From IMG/VR virus record IMGVR_UViG_2609459795_000003: 29,443 bases of DNA. One strand, 5' to 3'. The translations under genes were made by a program, and so were the position numbers. This document shows, one piece after another, positions 25,849 to 29,443 of this stretch (positions are counted from its first letter, which is position 1; each line of letters begins with the position of its first letter). Below the pieces are notes generated by a model, which did not search any database, was not told where the DNA came from, and saw nothing but the letters and a program-made list of their open reading frames with translations. The DNA is from a virus. Taxonomy: Duplodnaviria > Heunggongvirae > Uroviricota > Caudoviricetes.

Positions 25849-26786
25849 CCCCTGAATCCTGCCGGGATCTGGCTGTAGTCCACATTGTCGTAACTGGATT
25901 TGAAGTACGGGTCTTCGCGTTTTTCGGTGTACGTGCTTACGGACGGCGATAAGCGCAGGGAAAGCTCATCCCATTTTTCCCGCAGCTTCGACGGGCTGAG
26001 CACGTTACGGCACCAGAACGGATCGCGGCTGACGCGGCTGTACATCTCGCAGATTTGTTTGTGAGTACGACCATCCTGCACACACATCAGGCGAATTTCG
26101 TTTGCCCAGGCTGTCCAGTTCGGTTCTTTGGGACGAACCACCTCGCCGTCACATTCGGCAGCCTGCTCGTACAGGGCGATGATTTTTTTCCAGAGCCACT
26201 GTGCGCAGGTCAAATCATCCTGCGTCCCCCACTGGCGCTTTTTAGGGCTGAATACAACCGCATCAGGATGGCGAGTTAAAAAATCCTGTTCAGCCGTCTG
26301 CGTGTCCGGTTGCGAAGCGTCCGGACGAGAAGTTTTTTTATCTGACGGATCATGTTTTGATTTTACTGACGGATCCCCGCCAGATTCTGACGGGTGAAAA
26401 CCCGCTTTTTTGCCAGATTTCGACGCATCAAATTTTGACGGGTCAGATTTTGATGCGTCAGATTTTGACGGGTCAGAATCTGACAGTTGAGAAAAAGCCG
26501 CAGCCTGAAGCTTCGCAACGTTAAGCTGATAAACATTCGACGCATTGCGGTTACCCTGGCGACGCGCCTTACGCGTTAACCAGCCTTCTGCTTCCAGCCG
26601 TGCGATAGCCGTTCTGACGGTACTCATCCCCGCGCCAATCTGGCGGGCAATGGTTTCAATTGATGGCCAGCACACACCTTCGTCATTACTGAAATCAGCC
26701 AGGCGTGCCATAATTGCCACGCTGGATAATTTCATGCCTGACGCTGCGCAACCATCCCATACATAGCCGGTTAATTTAGTGCTCAT
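25845..26786 (-). CDS. Replication initiator (lambda O-like replisome organiser) with internal iterons
   Basis: 313-aa ORF; N-terminal wHTH-like domain, central repetitive linker (DPSKSDASKSDPSKFDASKS) encoded by 15-bp DNA repeats, distinct C-terminal domain; sits after the Cro/CII-like genes like lambda O. Confidence 0.6.
   Translation of the reverse strand: MSTKLTGYVWDGCAASGMKLSSVAIMARLADFSNDEGVCWPSIETIARQIGAGMSTVRTAIARLEAEGWLTRKARRQGNRNASNVYQLNVAKLQAAAFSQLSDSDPSKSDASKSDPSKFDASKSGKKAGFHPSESGGDPSVKSKHDPSDKKTSRPDASQPDTQTAEQDFLTRHPDAVVFSPKKRQWGTQDDLTCAQWLWKKIIALYEQAAECDGEVVRPKEPNWTAWANEIRLMCVQDGRTHKQICEMYSRVSRDPFWCRNVLSPSKLREKWDELSLRLSPSVSTYTEKREDPYFKSSYDNVDYSQIPAGFRG
26341..26490. repeat. 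Iteron array (candidate phage replication origin) inside the initiator gene
   Basis: About 8 copies of a ~15-bp unit (consensus near TCAGATTTTGACGGG); four consecutive copies at exact 15-bp spacing 26435-26490; an AT-richer stretch on the 3' side (26325-26370). Confidence 0.6.
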
Positions 26787-26795
26787 GACCGACCT

Positions 26796-27134
26796 CTATT
26801 TCCCTGAATTTACGACGAAACTTTTCGAGCGGACTGAAGCATTCATGCTCATAGCCTTCGCGGAGGTAGATAACCCGTTGTGTTTCCGGCTCCCAACGAA
26901 TGACTCTGACGGGTACTCCGTAGTGATCTTTGAACCAGCGGTTAACTTGTCGCAAAGGACTGTCTCCTTTTGCCGGTTAAAATCACCCACAGCCCACTCT
27001 GCAAAGCTGTGGGTTACAATTACCCTGCCACCTGGTACATTTACTGCATAGCAATACTCCACCTTCGCTTTTCCACCCGGTACAGGAAGCGCAATCAGTT
27101 GCGAGCGACGGTAGTGTGTTGTTAAACTATTCAT
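26796..27134 (-). CDS. Hypothetical protein with apparent frame discontinuity (possible frameshifted gene or two overlapping small genes)
   Basis: 112-aa ORF whose C-terminal third is low-complexity, while an alternative frame over 26776-26955 encodes a convincing 59-residue peptide (...[58 protein letters not shown]) with only a TTG start preceded by AAGGAG. Confidence 0.3.
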   Translation of the reverse strand: MNSLTTHYRRSQLIALPVPGGKAKVEYCYAVNVPGGRVIVTHSFAEWAVGDFNRQKETVLCDKLTAGSKITTEYPSESFVGSRKHNGLSTSAKAMSMNASVRSKSFVVNSGK

Positions 27135-27682
27135 GCGTTAGTTTCTCCACAGTCACGACACGCCACGGCGCCCGGAGCTGCACACTCGCGGGCGTCATTA
27201 CTTTCTGAAATGCAAAAAATTTTGTAGACCAGTGCTGCATGCTCCTGCAGCTTCGAAATTGAGAGGTACAGCTCGTCGTTAATTGCTGTCTTCTCATGCG
27301 GTTCCACTACACCGTCTTCAATTGCTGAACGAATCTGTTTTGAATAACTGCCGATCTGTTCAATGACCTCCAGCAGGCGTTGGTTGATATCGGCGTTGTC
27401 CACATCCTCGACATCAGGAAGAGACACAAAGACGCCATTTGCAGACTGCGCCACAGCGTCAGCAATGAAGTGAGTTCCACCAGCACGTTGCAAAATCATT
27501 GCCCATCCCAGCGGGAAAATCTGATCGCCATCGGCACGAAGGCGGTTAAATAATGCGTTCTCTGTTACATCCAGCCAGTCAGCAGCTTCAGCGTAACCCC
27601 CCGGCAACGCTGCGATAGTTTTTCTGACAGCTTTCACGTACCACTCAGGCTGTTTTTCTACTTTCCAGTGATGCTTACCCAC
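27131..27682 (-). CDS. CII-like early regulatory protein (putative)
   Basis: 183-aa ORF immediately downstream of the Cro-like gene and upstream of the replication gene; family assignment by position and vague recollection only. Confidence 0.35.
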   Translation of the reverse strand: MGKHHWKVEKQPEWYVKAVRKTIAALPGGYAEAADWLDVTENALFNRLRADGDQIFPLGWAMILQRAGGTHFIADAVAQSANGVFVSLPDVEDVDNADINQRLLEVIEQIGSYSKQIRSAIEDGVVEPHEKTAINDELYLSISKLQEHAALVYKIFCISESNDARECAAPGAVACRDCGETNA

Positions 27683-27935
27683 GGTTCACCTCCTGTTCCT
27701 GTGGTTTAAACCCATTCTGGTTTTGGCTAGATTGAAAACGTGCCGGATAAAGAATCTGCATTTCGCTGACTTCACCCTTAAAAAAATTGGCTAAACGTTC
27801 TGCAAGCTCGATAGATGGAATCTGCTCCAGCCTCTCAATACGACTCAACGTCGCTGGATTGACTTGAACACCCGCAGCAACATGCTGCAAAGTGAAACCA
27901 TGCGCCTTACGCACATTTCGTAATAGTGATTGCAT
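27675..27935 (-). CDS. Cro-like HTH repressor
   Basis: 86-aa ORF divergent from the CI-like gene; HTH-type segment (GFTLQHVAAGVQVNPATLSRIE); SD GGAGG 5 nt before the ATG. Confidence 0.6.
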   Translation of the reverse strand: MQSLLRNVRKAHGFTLQHVAAGVQVNPATLSRIERLEQIPSIELAERLANFFKGEVSEMQILYPARFQSSQNQNGFKPQEQEVNRG

Positions 27936-27945
27936 ATAACCTCCA

Positions 27946-28032
27946 AATATTGCGCGTTATGCATGTTATTTCACGCAATTATTTTGCGCAAGTTGATTTG
28001 CTTATCACGCAATAAAGAAATGTAATAAACGC
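27946..28032. promoter_or_regulatory. Immunity-region operator/promoter segment (OR-like) between cro-like and cI-like genes
   Basis: 97-bp divergent intergenic region with repeated CACGCAAT / TTGCGCAA-type motifs and a plus-strand -35 TTGCTT (27998-28003), 17-nt spacer, -10 TGTAAT (28021-28026) ending 6 nt before the cI ATG. Confidence 0.45.
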
Positions 28033-28725
28033 ATGAACATAGGAAACCGAGTCAGACAACTTCGCCAAGCGAAGAACATGAAAATCGCCGATCTCGCTGA
28101 AGCAATAGGAGTAGATGCGGCGAACATCTCGCGCTTAGAAACGGGTAAGCAAAAACAATTTACCGAACAAACACTGAGTAATATTGCCAAGAGCTTAGGT
28201 GTTGATATTGCTGATCTCTTTACCTCTGCCCACAAAAGTAATACTGTATATAAAAACAGTAATAATGAGGATGTTGCGCAGGTGAAGGATGTGTTCCGTA
28301 TTGAAATGCTGGATATCAGTGCCAGTGCGGGAAATGGCCTTATCCAAGGCGGTGATGTCATTGATGTGATTCATGCCATCGAATACAGAACTGATAATGC
28401 TGTATCAATGTTCGGCGGACGACCAGCCAATCACATCAAAGTTATCAACGTTCGTGGGGACAGTATGTGTCCAACCATTGAGCCAGGAGATCTCATCTTC
28501 GTTGATGTCAGCATCAATCAGTTTGATGGTGATGGTATATATGTCTTTGGTTTTGATGACAAAATATACGTTAAAAGACTTCAAATGATTCCTGACAAAC
28601 TGCTGGTGATTTCTGATAACCAGATTTACCGTGAATGGGGAATTACTAGCGAAAACGAACACCGATTCATGGTCTTTGGAAAGGTCTTAATCAGTCAGTC
28701 GCAAACCCTTAAGAGACATAATTAA
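28033..28725 (+). CDS. CI-type prophage repressor (HTH plus S24 LexA-like peptidase domain)
   Basis: 230-aa ORF; N-terminal HTH (RVRQLRQAKNMKIADLAEAIGVDAANISRLETGK), C-terminal autocleavage domain with GDSM (catalytic Ser) and VKRL (Lys); divergent from the cro-like gene. Confidence 0.85.
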   Translation: MNIGNRVRQLRQAKNMKIADLAEAIGVDAANISRLETGKQKQFTEQTLSNIAKSLGVDIADLFTSAHKSNTVYKNSNNEDVAQVKDVFRIEMLDISASAGNGLIQGGDVIDVIHAIEYRTDNAVSMFGGRPANHIKVINVRGDSMCPTIEPGDLIFVDVSINQFDGDGIYVFGFDDKIYVKRLQMIPDKLLVISDNQIYREWGITSENEHRFMVFGKVLISQSQTLKRHN

Positions 28726-28744
28726 CCTCAATATCCCATCCATC

Positions 28745-28769
28745 GGCCACCGAAAGGTGGCTTTTTATT
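28745..28769 (+). terminator. Rho-independent terminator after the cI-like gene
   Basis: GGCCACC-GAAA-GGTGGC hairpin followed by TTTTTATT, 20 nt after the cI stop. Confidence 0.65.
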
Positions 28770-28779
28770 ACCTATAAAT

Positions 28780-28830
28780 TTGCATACCTCGCAAATATTA
28801 CTTGCATATCTCGCAATTTAATTTTATCTT
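28780..28830 (+). promoter_or_regulatory. Tandem operator-like repeats with candidate rightward promoter (OL/pL-like)
   Basis: Two adjacent ~21-bp repeats TTGCATACCTCGCAAATATTA / CTTGCATATCTCGCAATTTAAT sharing the C-N-CGCAA core seen in the cI-cro intergenic region; -35 TTGCAT (28802-28807), 17-nt spacer, -10 TATCTT (28825-28830). Confidence 0.35.
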
Positions 28831-29028
28831 TTGTTCCAGACCAACTACCGGATTACAACAAAATCTGGTTGCAACACGGTGCATGTGTCGTAAGCAGTCA
28901 GTAAATGTCAAAAACGAACAGGCAGGACGCCCACGAAGTAGCCGCCTGGGGCATATGAAGTCCAGGATGATTCGTTGAGTCATGTTGTGCCACCAGGCAC
29001 TCATGTTAAAGCAGGTGTATGAAATGAA

Positions 29029-29443
29029 GTAAGCGTAAAGCCAATGCCGTCTGTAACACCTGCTCCTTGCAGACTAAATTAGAGCTCCTTCTAAATTAGA
29101 CGGAGTTCTATTGATGGATAAACCTACAGACTGGCGCTCCGGAACCCGCCGGATATTTTCTAATGAATTTAAACTTCATATGGTTGAACTGGCTTCGAAA
29201 CCAAATGCCAATGTTGCACAACTGGCCCGGGAACATGGCGTTGATAACAACCTGATTTTTAAATGGCTACGCCTCTGGCAAAGAGAAGGACGTATTTCTC
29301 GTAGAATGCCTCCAACTATTGTAGGCCCTACAGTATCACAATCTTTTCCGACCTCTCCGACTCTGGTTCCAGTGGAACTTATCGACACCCCGCGCTGTGC
29401 TACAGATGCTCCTGCTCCGGAGGCATTATCAGTTGCTTGTGCA
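29029..29443 (+). mobile_element. Left end of an insertion sequence (IS66-like terminus GTAAGCG; continues beyond window)
   Basis: Sequence GTAAGCGTAAAGCC begins at about 29029, 85 bp upstream of a transposase OrfA-type gene; IS66-family ends begin with GTAA as I recall. The other end is outside the window. Confidence 0.45.
29114..29443 (+). CDS. IS transposase OrfA-type HTH protein (partial, runs off window end)
   Basis: Open frame from ATG 29114 to the window end (110 codons: MDKPTDWRSGTRRIFSNEFKLHMVELASKPNANVAQLAREHGVDNNLIFKWLRLWQREG...); pattern typical of IS3/IS66-type OrfA/TnpA proteins. Not in the ORF track because no stop lies in the window. Confidence 0.6.
   Translation, partial: MDKPTDWRSGTRRIFSNEFKLHMVELASKPNANVAQLAREHGVDNNLIFKWLRLWQREGRISRRMPPTIVGPTVSQSFPTSPTLVPVELIDTPRCATDAPAPEALSVACA

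Noticed and set aside
26341-26490. Tandem short repeats as a possible CRISPR array or minisatellite
   Set aside because: Repeat unit is only ~15 bp with no unique spacers and stays in frame within a long ORF; the pattern fits replication iterons inside an initiator gene, not CRISPR.
26779-27051. 90-aa plus-strand ORF opposite the frame-discontinuous gene
   Set aside because: Antisense to a region where two minus-strand frames already show coding-like sequence; no RBS; treated as a shadow ORF.
28798-29004. 68-aa minus-strand ORF between the cI terminator and the IS end
   Set aside because: Cys/Arg-rich low-complexity translation, no RBS, and it overlaps the operator-like repeats and putative promoter; most likely non-coding.
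1-29443. Integrase gene and attL/attR boundaries of the prophage
   Set aside because: Looked for a tyrosine or serine recombinase and flanking direct repeats or tRNA; none is present in the window. The left edge is still inside the tail-fibre gene and the right edge is inside an IS, so prophage ends cannot be placed.

Overview
Almost the whole window is a single prophage, and the best candidate for an undescribed system is an AT-rich two-gene cargo module at 20517-21953, between antiterminator Q and the lysis genes. The prophage is read mainly on the minus strand, right to left: Cro-like/CII-like regulators, an O-like replication initiator with internal iterons, a nin-like block (PerC-like, LexA-DBD-like, RusA, KilA-N, DUF968-like), Q with a tR'-like terminator, lysis cassette, HNH, terminase, HK97-type head genes, and a Mu-like contractile tail running off the left edge as a tail-fibre start. 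A CI-type repressor (HTH + S24 peptidase) sits on the plus strand at 28033-28725, followed by a terminator, operator-like repeats and the left end of an insertion sequence at the right edge. Three visibly AT-rich insertions interrupt the GC-rich phage backbone: an exported protein with its own promoter and terminator inside the tail operon (5366-5896), a plus-strand gene antisense to late transcription (18322-18738), and the Q-lysis module above. All calls are from reading the sequence and ORF track by eye; no searches were run, family names are from memory, and hand-derived coordinates of small sites may be off by 1-2 nt.
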